A stretch of 63,899 nucleotides of DNA from Emiliania huxleyi CCMP1516 (lineage: Eukaryota): contig NW_005201176.1 of assembly GCF_000372725.1 (NCBI RefSeq), forward strand, positions 124,102 through 188,000, given 5' to 3'. The notes beneath the pieces are model-generated. The model was not told where the DNA came from, ran no database searches, and saw only the letters and a list, made by a program, of their open reading frames with translations. Made by a program: the position numbers and the translations under genes. Shown here piece after piece: positions 24,084 to 35,870 of the stretch; the stretch's first letter is position 1; each line of letters begins with the position of its first letter.

Positions 24084-25814
24084 GGCAACGTTTCGCTCTA
24101 AGCTCGCGCTCAGTCAAGCTCGCGCTGCCGCCGACACGGGACTGGCCGTCACGGGACTGGCCTTCACGGGGGACTGGCGCGCACTGGCAATGCTCGACCC
24201 CTCTGGCCAGCTCGTTCGGGGTCGGTGGCGGCTAACCTCGGGGGGAAGGGGCACCCCCTGGGTGGGGGCCGGCGATTCCCATGCCGGCTCTCCGCCACAA
24301 CCCCCGCCGGGAGGGAATCCCTGCTCACAGAAAAGGGCTTCGAGCCCTGTCTCGCGCACGCCCCTGGCGGGCGCCGCGGACCAGTTCCGCGAGCGCTCGT
24401 CAGCAGGTGGTGTGCGGTTCTTGCCGTAGTTCCTCTTCGGTCGCCTAGCCCCGGCGCCGTCTGTCGGACGCCTGCGTGCCACGAGTGCGAGCCGCTCGCG
24501 GTTCGTACGCCCGCTTGCGGGTTCGAGTGGCGGGCTATCCCGCTTGCGGGATGGCTTAGCGGGTTCGAGCCGTCACACATTGGCTGCCGGGGTGTGCCGA
24601 GGGGGGGCTGGGTGGGCGGTAAGCCGTCATTGCCCGGCGCTGCTTGCAGCGCTCTGGGTGGTAGTGGCGGCGCTCCAAGAGTGGTGCTCTTGGGAAGAGG
24701 TTCCTCCTTTCCGCTCCCCACCCGCAAGGCGCGAGACACACACGGAATGTAACCTCGAAACGATTGACGCGGCGTCCCGCCCGTGCCGCCCACACCGAGG
24801 CGTCCTGCGCCCGATTGAGCGGCTTCCGTGGCCCCGTCCGTGGAGAGAGGGTGCCTGCGGCTCCCCGGCGAGGCGCTGGACCGATCCTGTCGCACTGCGC
24901 CTCCGGCGCGGCTGTCGCCGCGGCCTTGTGTCGCAGGTCCAGCGGGCGCCCACTTGGGTCGGCGGCACTCTTCCTCCGAGACGGGCTGGCTCATCCGCGT
25001 CGTCTCGAACGGCTGTGCGGCTACCTCGCCGGCTCGCCGCGCACGCGACTCGCTCGTCGCGCGTTCCTCAGGTTGCCCTCCGCAGCCTGCGCCTCGCTTG
25101 TCGGCGCTGTCGGGACGCGCAGGCTGCCCCGCGCATTGTCGCGACCCGCCGATTGCGGTCGGGTCAGCTGCGCCCGAGCACAACGCGTGGGCGCGCCAGC
25201 CCGAGCACTGCGAGCTCCCTCCACGGCTTGCGCGCACGCATGGCTTCTGCCTTGCGCCTTTGACGAGCACCGCATCCGACTATATGCTATAGGTATAACC
25301 AAGTTCCTCCCTCCTGGTCGCGGCGAGTGAGCGGGAAAACGGCGAGGAGCAGTGCGCGCCGCCGTCGCGTCCTGCACACCTGTGCTCGCACAGCGGCGTG
25401 CGGGGGGGGGGGGGGGGACGCAGTCTAGCGGCTCACCACCGCCTCCCAGCGCAGCGCTTGTCAGTCGGCCGGCCGCCCTCCCATCAGGCACGCCCCCGCC
25501 ATCGGGGCACGCCCCCGCCATCGGGCCTGCCCGTCCCCACGCTTCCGTCGTCGCCGCCGTCGCCGCCGTCTCCCGTGCGTCCGTCCCCACCGCCGCCCGC
25601 GTCGCCTCCGCCCTCACGGCCACCGCGGTGGCCCACCCTCTCCCTTGCCTCCGCCACCCGCCCCCGCCCGCCCCCGCCGTCGCGCCGCCGCCTCGCAGCC
25701 CACCGCCACCGAGCCCGCCTGTGTTTTTTGCCTTTCTTTGAATGAAGAGAGATTCTCTTCTTGAATGAATGAATGAAAAGGTGTTTTCTCCGTCCGTGTT
25801 GTCATTTCCGTCCG

Positions 25815-26090
25815 AAATAATGCTGTCGCCACTGCGTCGGCGTAAGCGTTGCAAGCTATTCCCACATGCGATGGTACCCGCACGAAAATCACCGCCTCTG
25901 TTGCGATCTATATATAGTAAGCAATCGCCTCTATCTAACTAAGGAGAGGCCGCGTAAGTAGGCGAGTATCGCGTACATTTTGCGGCTGACAAATGACGTA
26001 TCGACGTATCGACAAAGACGTATCGCGTACATCTCCGCGTCTATCACCTCCCAACTCCCCGGTCCTGGGCGTGCGGTTACCGACTGCACT
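25815..26090 (-). mobile_element. Degenerate RNase H fragment of the same LINE family as 7212-9585
   Basis: WEVIDAEMYAI..YAILAYLR and RVPSHVGIACNAYADAVATA. Interrupted by a small insert flanked by duplicated gtatcgcgtacat. Confidence 0.75.
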
Positions 26091-26243
26091 CCAAGTGCTC
26101 CATCCTGACCACGGTCTGACATAATGAGGTAGGTAGGTAGGATCCTGATGTGTACCTCTTTTTGCTGACCACACCATACCCTGCAACAGTCCGAACCCCG
26201 CCGATCGCGTAGGTGGTCTGCCCCACTGTTCAGCCTTTCGTAA

Positions 26244-27050
26244 ATGGGGGGAGCCGCTCGTTGTTTGTCGCTCGCCCTCGTCCTCCTCCCGCCGCTCCTC
26301 GCCTCGGCGCAGCATCGCTGCCGGCTCGGCGACGTGCGGCAGCCCGACGGCAGCTTTCAGCTCGGCAGCTGCGAGGAGCTGCTCCTCTTTGGCGAGAGCG
26401 TCGGCGACGGCGGCGCGATCAAGCTCGCATCGGCTCTCGCCGGCAACACCAAGCTGCAGCTCGTCGACCTCTGGCACAATGGGGTGGGCGCCGCCGGCGC
26501 GAAGGCGCTCGGCGCCGCCATCGCCAAGAACACCGTCCTCAAGCGGCTCTACCTCAACGAGAACCCGCTGGGCGCCGAGGGCGCAAAGGGCATCGCGGCG
26601 GGCCTGGCCAAGGCGCGCGGGCTGCGCCACCTGTGGCTGACCCGCACGAACGCGGGCGACGAGGGCGCGGCTGCACTCGCCACGGCGCTCGCCGCGAACC
26701 ACGTGCTGGAGGCGCTCGACATGTGGGAGTGCGGCATCAGCGGCGCCGGCGCGGAGGCCATCGCCATCGCGCTGAAGGGGAGGCACGACGGGCTGCGAAC
26801 GCTCGAGCTGCGGGGCAACGCGATGGGCGACCGAGGCGCGAGGGCGTTTGCCGCGCTGCTGCCGACCAACAAGCCCCTCTCCACCCTCGACCTGCTCAAC
26901 ACGGGCGTGAGCGCCGAGGGACGCGCGCTGCTGCGGGAGGGGCTGAGAAAGGCTGCTTCGCTGCCGTACATGGTGCTTTTCGAGGACGCCATCGGGCCGC
27001 ACCAGCAGCGGACCTCGTGGGAGGAGAAGGGGCAGAAGAATGCGCCGTGA
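26244..27050 (+). CDS. Secreted RI-like leucine-rich repeat protein
   Basis: Signal peptide CLSLALVLLPPLLASA. About six 28-aa repeats LxxLxLxxNxxGxxGAxALA. Confidence 0.85.
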   Translation: MGGAARCLSLALVLLPPLLASAQHRCRLGDVRQPDGSFQLGSCEELLLFGESVGDGGAIKLASALAGNTKLQLVDLWHNGVGAAGAKALGAAIAKNTVLKRLYLNENPLGAEGAKGIAAGLAKARGLRHLWLTRTNAGDEGAAALATALAANHVLEALDMWECGISGAGAEAIAIALKGRHDGLRTLELRGNAMGDRGARAFAALLPTNKPLSTLDLLNTGVSAEGRALLREGLRKAASLPYMVLFEDAIGPHQQRTSWEEKGQKNAP

Positions 27051-27735
27051 GAGTGTGCGCCGGAGATGGTTTGTGTCGTTGATTGTGCAGCTCTGGGAGA
27101 GACAGTGGCAGCCCACAGCTCGAGAGTGTGTTGGAGAGAAGGTGTGCTTGTGGTTGTGAGTCTCCTCCGCGAGCGCGACGTCCCTCGCTCCGGCGCCAGA
27201 AGCGTGACGCCAGGCCGCAGCCAGGCGCCGACGGGCCACGGCGGTCTCCGCGGACATGCGCGCCACAGCACGCGCCCCAACCGCTCCTACGGCTTTATCT
27301 GGTCGCCACCGGCCTCCGCGGAGGCGGCGATGTCCCAGCCCCAGCGCGGCCCCACCCATCGGCCAGCCCTCAGATCGATCGATCGGCGCTCAAAGTCGGC
27401 TTCAGAAGTTCAGATCCGAGAAGGAGAACGCTGCTGGCGCCGCCGCCGATCGATCCCAGCGGCGACGCCACAGCAGGCTTGTCCTCTGCTCTCCGATGCG
27501 CCGATTGAGATGAGAGAGATCCCGCTTCCGGATACGTATATATCTCAAATATGATAATTGATAAAACGTATGTCCCCATGGGGCATGGGCTCGGAAGAAG
27601 AGAAGGACAGAGGAGAGACGCTGGTGAGGACGGAGCAGAAACTAGCGCAGACGAGAGCAGGGCAGACCCGGGGACTGGGGAGCCGGAGCAGACGGCATCG
27701 GCCGCCGAGGGAACGTTGGGAAGAGGCACGAGGAG

Positions 27736-27993
<258 letters not shown>

Positions 27994-27999
27994 TCACGT

Positions 28000-29730
28000 C
28001 ACTGCATCCTCCGCCGGTTCCTCCCGTCGCCTCTTCTTTGTTCGAATGTTTTTCAATCCATCCTTCACGAAGCCCTCCCATGTAGCTAGCGTTCTTTGCG
28101 AATGTCTCGAAGTGGCCAGCAGGCGCTGTCTGCTCGCGACCTGTGCGGGCCGCTCGTCCTCCTCGCCCTTCTTTCGTCCTCCCGTCCCTCCCCTCCACCA
28201 TGGCCTTTCGGCACTTCTTTCTCCATCCGACTCGCCCTGCCTTTCGTATCATGCCGTTCGCCCTCCATTCGGTGACCTCCATGGCTGTCCGCCTCCTTTT
28301 GGGTGGCGCTCTCGATACGGTTGCGTCAACCTCGACGTCGCTGTCGCCCTCCCCGTCCCCGTCCCCGCCGTCGTCCGTGCCTCGGTTCGCGTCATCGGTA
28401 GCGTCTCCGTTGTTCCCTCGTGCCCCGCCGTCGCTCTCTCTGCTCGGGCCGTTCGCGATTTCGCCCCTCCTGCGTGTCGCCCCTCCGTCTCCTCCCCTGC
28501 CTTCGTCGTCATCGTCGCTGTCGCGAAAGCCCTCCGGCCCCTCGATTCCCTCGCCTATCCCCTCCGCTGCGTCGTCCCAGTTTATATCCTCATCCTCTGC
28601 GCATGTCGCCGCTCTCTTTCCATCTCCATCGTTGTTGCCTCCGTCGACTGCGGCGCTGCCTCTTCCCTCGCCTCCGTCTTCCTCGTCTCGCCTGCCATCG
28701 TCCCGTTTCTCCTCGTCCTCGCTATCGCCTTTGCCGTTGTCTACCTTCTCATCGTATCTCCCCTGCTGCTGGTGGCATCGCCGTTGGCTTCCTCTCTCCC
28801 CCTTTCCTCCCTGCCCCTCTCGCTGTCTGGTGTTAATGGACCCCCTTCCTCTCCCTCGCCACTGTCACCGTCGCCATCCCCGTCGCTACCGCCCTCCATC
28901 CCCGCCGCCCTTTGTCTCACACTCGTCTCTGCCGTGTCCGCTGTCGCCGCTGTCCTGTCTGTTGCGCTCTGTGCTCCGTGGTACAGTCGCTTATTGTTGC
29001 TCAGGATTAGCTCACGCACCAGGACAGCCTCCGGCTCGTTATTTTGGCTTGCCGATATGCATCCAAAGTTCCACGCTAGCTCCTCCTTCGTCACGTCTAT
29101 CTTTTTGCGCAGTATCTAGCAAATGCCGTCCGCGCTTGCTGGGGTGTTATTGCGTTCGGATTCGCCCTCGTCCCCGCCTTGTATCCCATCTCCTTGCGGT
29201 GGCTCCTGTATGAGTCCCCATATGACCATGTGATTTCTTTGCCTTCCTTGACTCCATTCTCTGCAAACAGGACCATCACTTGCGCAGCTGCCTTGCCTAG
29301 TTGTACCTCCTCGTAGCGAACGAAGTGCGTCGCCCGCGTGCCTTGCTTCGGCTCGTTCGATGCTGCTGGCCAGTCGAAGTCGTTATCGCTCTCGTCGTCA
29401 CTTCCATCCAGCTGCGTCCCCCCTGCTGCCGTGTGTCGTGACAGTTCGTCTGGTACTGTCTCTGGTGGCTGCGCCGTTCCAACTGTCCGGAAGATCTCCC
29501 CAGTGTAGATGCTACACACCTCGAATTTTTCCAGCCTCCTCGTCGCCAGTAGGCCGAGTTCCCCTTCCGCTATGCTAGAGGGGCCTACCTACTTCGCCCC
29601 TACCACCGTGCCGCCCGTCGTTAGCATGGCCGTCGTTACTTTCGCCGTCGCCTCTGCTGCTTGTCGGCGGAGCGCCTCGCGCCTTCCCTCGTCTCCATTG
29701 CTCCTGCTCTTGTTCTTTTTGTTTTCATGC
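28000..29730 (-). pseudogene. Decayed SET-domain ORF with transposon-like composition
   Basis: One frame reads GAK*VGPSSIAEGELGLLATRRLEKFEVCSIYTGE...ASNEP...VLFAENGVKEGKEITWSYGDSY. In-frame TAG at 29589-29591 and a probable frameshift in an A-run at ~29102. A charged low-complexity tail follows. Confidence 0.65.
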
Positions 29731-29734
29731 GAGG

Positions 29735-30056
29735 AGGGCGGCGACCTCAACCGACTATGGAGGACCCGTCGCCAGACGACGCAGGCAGAAGACGGTGAGG
29801 CGGAGCAGACGCGCAGGGCGAGACGAGGGAGGGAGCAGGACTTTGCGGAGATCAGCAGGAGGATCCGGTACGAAGAGATTAAAGGAGCAGCAGGCGTGCA
29901 GGGATCCGAGGGACCATGTGGAAGACGGCTAGTGCTATCGCCTACCACACCCACAAAGAACCCTGCACAAAGATCGCAAGGGCGGGGACCTAACCCTTTT
30001 CACCCATCTCACAGAGTAGAGAGAGGTGGGTCCCGGGTCCGTTTTTATTTATTTAT
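29735..30056 (+). mobile_element. 3' end of LINE family B (ORF ends VEDG*, (TTTA)n tail)
   Basis: gtggaagacggctag (~29918-29932) parallels the VGDG* end of the other LINE. The 3'UTR matches 12920-13000. Confidence 0.6.
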
Positions 30057-30340
30057 GGGCTCGGAAGTCGGATGGGCATGCACGCGCCACACACTGCGCA
30101 ATATCGCGCATATCGGCGGCAGGCGCCCGCCCGCCCCGCCCCCGGACAGTCTCTCCCACCACGCTCACAACACCACAGCACGAGTCACACTTGACCGGCT
30201 GCAACGCCCCGAGCCACAGAGAGCGCGCGTCTGATGCACCCTCCCGGACGCCGGAGCAGCAGGACGGAGACACACAGCAAGCACCTGGAGCAGTCACAGA
30301 CTGCAGAGCCCTCACTGCCGGTAAGTCTCCCTAGACGTAA

Positions 30341-33300
30341 TCACCGGGTGGCATCGCCGCCCGCGGCGAGGGCGAGGCCGGCGGGCGTCGCCGCCTCCAC
30401 CTCGGCCGCCTTGAGCCACGCGCAAAACTCGATCAGCAGCACGTAGCCGCCGCCGTTCGAGTCCATCTCGTCGAAGCTGGCCGAGGTCGCCGAGCGCAGC
30501 GCCACGTACGGCGCCCACGACAGCCCCGCCGCCACCACCTTCTCGATGCCCTCCTCCCACTCCTCGCGCGAGATGCGGCGGTCGTCGGTCGCGGTGGTGC
30601 CGTCCGAGCATCCGTCCACCATCGCAAACACCTCGAACCACGTCGCGTAGTAGCCGAGGTAGGACAGCAGCAGCCGGAACTCGCCCTTGGTCACGTAGTC
30701 GTCCGACAGCGACGAGGCGGCCGCCGCCGCGTCCTTGGCGTCGTTGAAGGCGCGGATGAAGGACGGCCGGAAGCGGCGCCACACCGCCTCCCCCGCGCCC
30801 GCGTCCTTGAGGAAGGACTGCAGCGTCATCTTGACGCCCAAGTCGACCTCGGCGAGCGAGAGGTAGCCGTTGCCGTTCGGGTCCCACAGCCGCCACGCCT
30901 CCTCGCGCCGCACCGCCTCGGAGGGCGCCGCGAACGCGAAGGCGCGCAGGAACGTGTCGAGCTCGGGGACGGCTGGCTTCGCCTCCTTGGCCGCCTCCTT
31001 GGCCGCCGGCACAGCCGGCTTCGGGGCGGGTGCGGCGGGGGCGAGCTGCTCGTCGCCCGCGGCGAGGGCGAGGCCGGCGGGCGTCGCCGCCTCCACCTCG
31101 GCCGCCTTGAGCCACGCGCAAAACTCGATCAGCAGCACGTAGCCGCCGCCGTTCGAGTCCATCTCGTCGAAGCTGGCGGGGGTCGCCGAGCGCAGCGCCA
31201 CGTACGGCGCCCACGACAGCCCCGCCGCCACCACCTTCTCGATGCCCTCCTCCCACTCCTCGCGCGAGATGCGGCGGTCGTCGGTCGCGGTGGTGCCGTC
31301 CGAGCATCCGTCCACCATCGCAAACACCTCGAACCACGTCGCGTAGTAGCCGAGGTAGGACAGCAGCAGCCGGAACTCGCCCTTGGTCACGTAGTCGTCC
31401 GACAGCGACGAGGCGGCCGCCGCCGCGTCCTTGGCGTCGTTGAAGGCGCGGATGAAGGACGGCCGGAAGCGGCGCCACACCGCCTCCCCCGCGCCCGCGT
31501 CCTTGAGGAAGGACTGCAGCGTCATCTTGACGCCCAAGTCGACCTCGGCGAGCGAAAGGTAGCCGTTGCCGTTCGGGTCCCACAGCCGCCACGCCTCCTC
31601 GCGCCGCACCGCCTCGGAGGGCGCCGCGAACGCGAAGGCGCGCAGGAACGTGTCGAGCTCGGACGGCAGTGCGACGCCCTCCTCGGCGGCCTGATGCTCG
31701 ATCTCGAGGTCCTCCTGCGGCATCAGAGAGGGGGTCGTGAGTTCGCTCGGCGGGTGGGAGGGCGGGCGTGGGTCTCGGTCTTGGTGGGTGGTGCAGCGGA
31801 GTGGCGGGGGCGCAGGGAAGAGAGCTGGCAGCGAAGAGAGGTGGAAGAGTGGTGGCAACGAGCAGAGGCGGGTGCGAGCAGAGGCGGCAGGGATCAGCCG
31901 CGCCTGGAGGCCCTCGACGTCCCAGCCGAGCTTGGCATCGTAGTAGTCATTGCGCGACACGCGCGCGGTGGAGACGCGCGAGAGGCGCGCGAACAGCCTC
32001 TCGCCCTCCGCCATCGCGTCGCACTCTGCGTCGCCGTCGTCGGCCGGCGCAGGCGCGAGGGGCGGTGCCTCGACTGGCGGCTCGTTGTCCGGCGCCGCCT
32101 CGATCGGCTGCTGCGGGGAAGGGAAGGCCTCGATCTTCGCCGGCTCGTACACGTCGACGGCGGTGCCACCCACGGAGTACTTTTGCCCCGCCGGCGACGC
32201 CGCGGGCGCCGGGCGGGCCCCTGGCGGCGCGGCGCGCTGCGGCGACGGCTTGAGGCCGGCGAGTGCGCTCGGAGGCGCGTACAGAGAGCCGTGGCCGCCG
32301 AAGCGGCCGTTGGGGTCCTTCTTGGACCAGGCCGACGCCGCATCCTTCTGCACCGATGCCTTTGCGAGCGCCGAGGGGGCGGCGTCCGCGTACTTGAGAG
32401 CCGGCGGCAGGCTGCCCTCGTGCTTGGCGTTGGAGGCCCAGATGCCGCGCGACTGGCGCCGCGGCTCCTGAAACAGGGAAGGTGTGTGTATGTGTGTGTG
32501 TGGGGGGGGGGGGATGCGGGGGCAGGGGTTGCGAGTGCAGGGTGCGTAGAGGCGTTTACATCGTATCTTGCGGCGCGTGTGTTGGCGTGTGCGCGCAGGT
32601 GCGAGAGTGTGCATGGGGACGTGCCTTTGCGTACGAGATCGTGGACGACTTGGAGGAGCCGATGTTGAATGGCACCGCGGTCTCGTACTCGCCGATGCCG
32701 GGCGTGGCCGGCTTGGCGTAGATGGTGTCGCGCCCTTCGAAGCGGCCCTCCTTGGCCGTGGCGTACGAGACTGTGGACGACTTTGTGGAGGCCATATGCA
32801 CCGCGGTCTCGTACTCGCCGATGCCGGGCGTGGCGGGCTTGGCGTAGATGGTGTCGTGCGCCTCGAAGCGGCCGGGCCGCGCCCTTGCGTACGAGACGGT
32901 GGACGACTTGGAGGAGCCAATGTTCACCGCCGTCTCGTACTGCCCGATCGCCGGCGTCGCCGGCGCGGCGTACACGCTGTCGTGCGTCTCGAAGCGGCCG
33001 CGTCCGTCCTTGTACTGAGCAGACACCTGGGCACCGAACGGGAGGAACTGAGGTGCGGGTGGCCCCAGTGACGGAGGGGGGGGAGGGGTCTCCGCGGGAG
33101 CGAGGCGAGGCTCGATCCGCCCTCCTTCTGGAACGCGCGTGGCAGTGGAGGCGTCTGAGAAGCGTCCGCACCTCCTTCTGCACCGACGCCTTTGCGAGCG
33201 CCGACGGGTTGTAGTACGTCGGGCCGTCGCCGCTGGCCTTGGCGACGGCGTCGGCCCAGAGGCCGCGCGACTGCCGCCGCCGATGCATCTTCTGGACGAG

Positions 33301-33651
33301 CGAGACCGTCGGGCCCGACGGCTTGAGCGGCTTGGCCGCGTACGCCGAGGGCGCCGGCGAGTCGGACTGCTTGTACACGCCGCCCGGCATCGCGAAGCGG
33401 TCCGTCTTGCTGGCCATGTTGGGCGTGGGGCGGCCGGCTCCCGACGGCGTGCGCGCGTTGCGCGACCCAGGGGTCGCCTTGCCCGGCGTCTTTGTGGGCG
33501 CTGGCGATGAGCGCTCGATGCCGGTGCCGGCGGCGGGCTTGTAGATCGATCCGGGGCCGCCGAAGCGGTCCGACTTCTGGTTCAGGGCCCATGGCGAGGG
33601 CTTGTTGTTGGTGGTCTTGCGCGCACCGAGCGGGCGCGTCGGCGTGGACAT
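30341..33651 (-). CDS. Flagellar-type protein: SHIPPO-like repeats plus two calflagin (FCaBP)-like EF-hand modules
   Basis: Repeats RF..HDTIYAKPATPGIGEYE. EF-hand loops DPNGNGYLSLAE, DDRRISREE and DSNGGGYVLLIEF, each present twice. Introns at ~33030-33170, 32470-32625 and 31715-31900. Confidence 0.75.
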
Positions 33652-34148
33652 GGCTGGCAGGTGGCTCTTCTCGTGTACTAGTGCCTGCGGCGAGCGACGG
33701 TGGGCCGGCGGTGGGGTGAAGGCAGGGGACGGAGGCTGGAGGAGATCGCGAGGCAGGGCGGAGGAGAGAGGGGTGGCGTCGGGGAGGAGGTAGCGGCGGC
33801 GGAGGGGAGGGCGGCGGCGCGGCGGAGGCCAGGGTCGCGACCCTGCGGCGAGCCTTTGAAAAGCTGGCGGGTGTTTTCTTTTTTTTGCGGAAGCTGTTCT
33901 TCACCTTCGATACATACACACCACACACGAGCGTCACTACGTGCCTCCCCGTCTTTGTAGCCTGGCGTTTGTGCCCCGTTTGTGCCGCGTCCCGTGCCCC
34001 CGAGTTCATTTTATAACCACACACGAGCCGACAAAACAAAACGTCACCATGGTCCATGCGAGTTTGACCAATAAGGTATGTGGAAAGGAGAGCGGGGCAA
34101 AGATTTCGTCAAGGGTGACATCCTCACATCCCCCCGGGGGATCCAGGC

Positions 34149-34150
<2 letters not shown>

Positions 34151-34214
<64 letters not shown>

Positions 34215-34228
34215 GAGATTTGTTCAGG

Positions 34229-34299
<71 letters not shown>
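34151..34299. repeat. (AG)n microsatellite, bipartite
   Basis: Direct reading of the sequence. Confidence 0.95.
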
Positions 34300-34301
<2 letters not shown>

Positions 34302-34779
34302 GGGTGGCATTCAGGTGATCAATCAATCAGTCAGGTCACGCTAACTATTAACAGCCTGCGTGCGCAAGAGCGCTCGCTACATACATGCATGGCATGCACG
34401 TGCACATGCACATGCACAAGCACAAGCCGGCGGCTTGACGCTTGTCAATCGATCGACACGAAGAGCACCGCTCGACGAGGGCGGCCCACGCCACAAGATA
34501 GCTACAAACGGCACGCTTCGGTCGCGTCCAAAAGTCGCACCCAACGTCGATCGTGAAAGTCGCACGTCCAGCGCCACGCTGACGCATTCGGATATATGTC
34601 TGCAGCGATCCTCATGGGGCGAGAGGCCACGGTTGGCAACCAGAGCCGCCCAGCAGACCACGACGGCGACGCACGCTGCAGCGGGCCCGAGGTTGCTGGT
34701 CTTCGCGTCGCGGTGCGGGCATCCCAGAAGGGATAGATCTTGCCGACACACGCTCCCGCCTGGTCCAATTCAGTATGTG

Positions 34780-35870
34780 GACGGCCGTCGCGACCAGGTG
34801 TGCTTTTTCGGCCTCTCGCGCAATATGACAGTGTCGCTGCCGACCATCCGCGCCAACCTGCTGCGCCCGCTGCGGGCAGCGACAAACGGTGCGAGGCGGC
34901 CCTCAGGGTGGCACAGGCAGCGACAGCGTGGCGTTGAGCCCTCACCGTCGTCAGGCGCGACGGATGTATTTGTCCATGCGATGGTGGTGAGCTCGCCGGG
35001 CCAAGCTCCATCCCTCGTCCGCGCGCAAGTCACGTACTCGCGACCCCTCTCTTGTGACAGGTGAACAGCCTCGTAAACACGCGGAGCGAGGAGTCGGGCG
35101 GTGGCGCGCCACAGCGGCTCGCGTTCGCTGAGCTGCGACCGTGCCGCTTCGTGGCCGAGGCGCCACGGCACTCCAGAGTCAAACCACACCAGCGAGGGAC
35201 CCGCCCAATAGCCACCGTCCGCTCCGCCCTCCGCAGGACCAGGACCTCGTCGACGCTGACGCAGAGCTAGAGCAGCTGGCGGCGAAATGGCGAGGGAAGG
35301 CCGAAAAGGACTACGACCAGCTCACCCGGATGAATGCACTCCGGGCCCACTATAGCCTGTGGAGAGTCTCTCGCCTGGCGCGCTTCTCCCAACAGCTCGA
35401 GCGTCCTCCCGACCCGAGCCAGCCAGCACCACACCGCCTCCCGGCAGGTGCTTTCGCACGAGCACGTCTCTCGGATCGCCAACAAGGACTTCCGCTACAC
35501 GCACGTTGTCGCTGCACGGCCTGACACCGGCTTCTACTCGCCAGTCTCGCCAACGCAGTGGCTGGCGGAGCTGCAAGCCACCGCCGGCCGCCCGACCATT
35601 CGCGTGCCCAACTACAAGCACTTTTGGGGCCTCAACGACCGCCTCGCGTTTGGCGTCCTCCCTCACGAGACTGGCCGATCGCGGGACAGGAGGCGTCCAT
35701 CCCAGGCGCAATTTGCGACTAGGCGACGCGCGCTCAATGATACACTGCTACATGTCGCGGTATCCGGCGGCGTGGAAGAGCAGCTTTCAGAACGTCTTGC
35801 GCGTGCGTCCCGAGTGGGCCTCGCCTTTTCGGCCAATACCGCCTCTCGCCATTTGGAAATAGGTGTGGAA
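34780..35870 (+). CDS. Multi-exon putative glycosyltransferase-like protein; ends uncertain
   Basis: Exon pieces VCFFGLSR, TDVFVH, HYSLWRV, YTHVVAARPD and GLNDRLAFG resemble algal/viral putative glycosyltransferase-like proteins. Family assignment is from memory. Confidence 0.4.
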
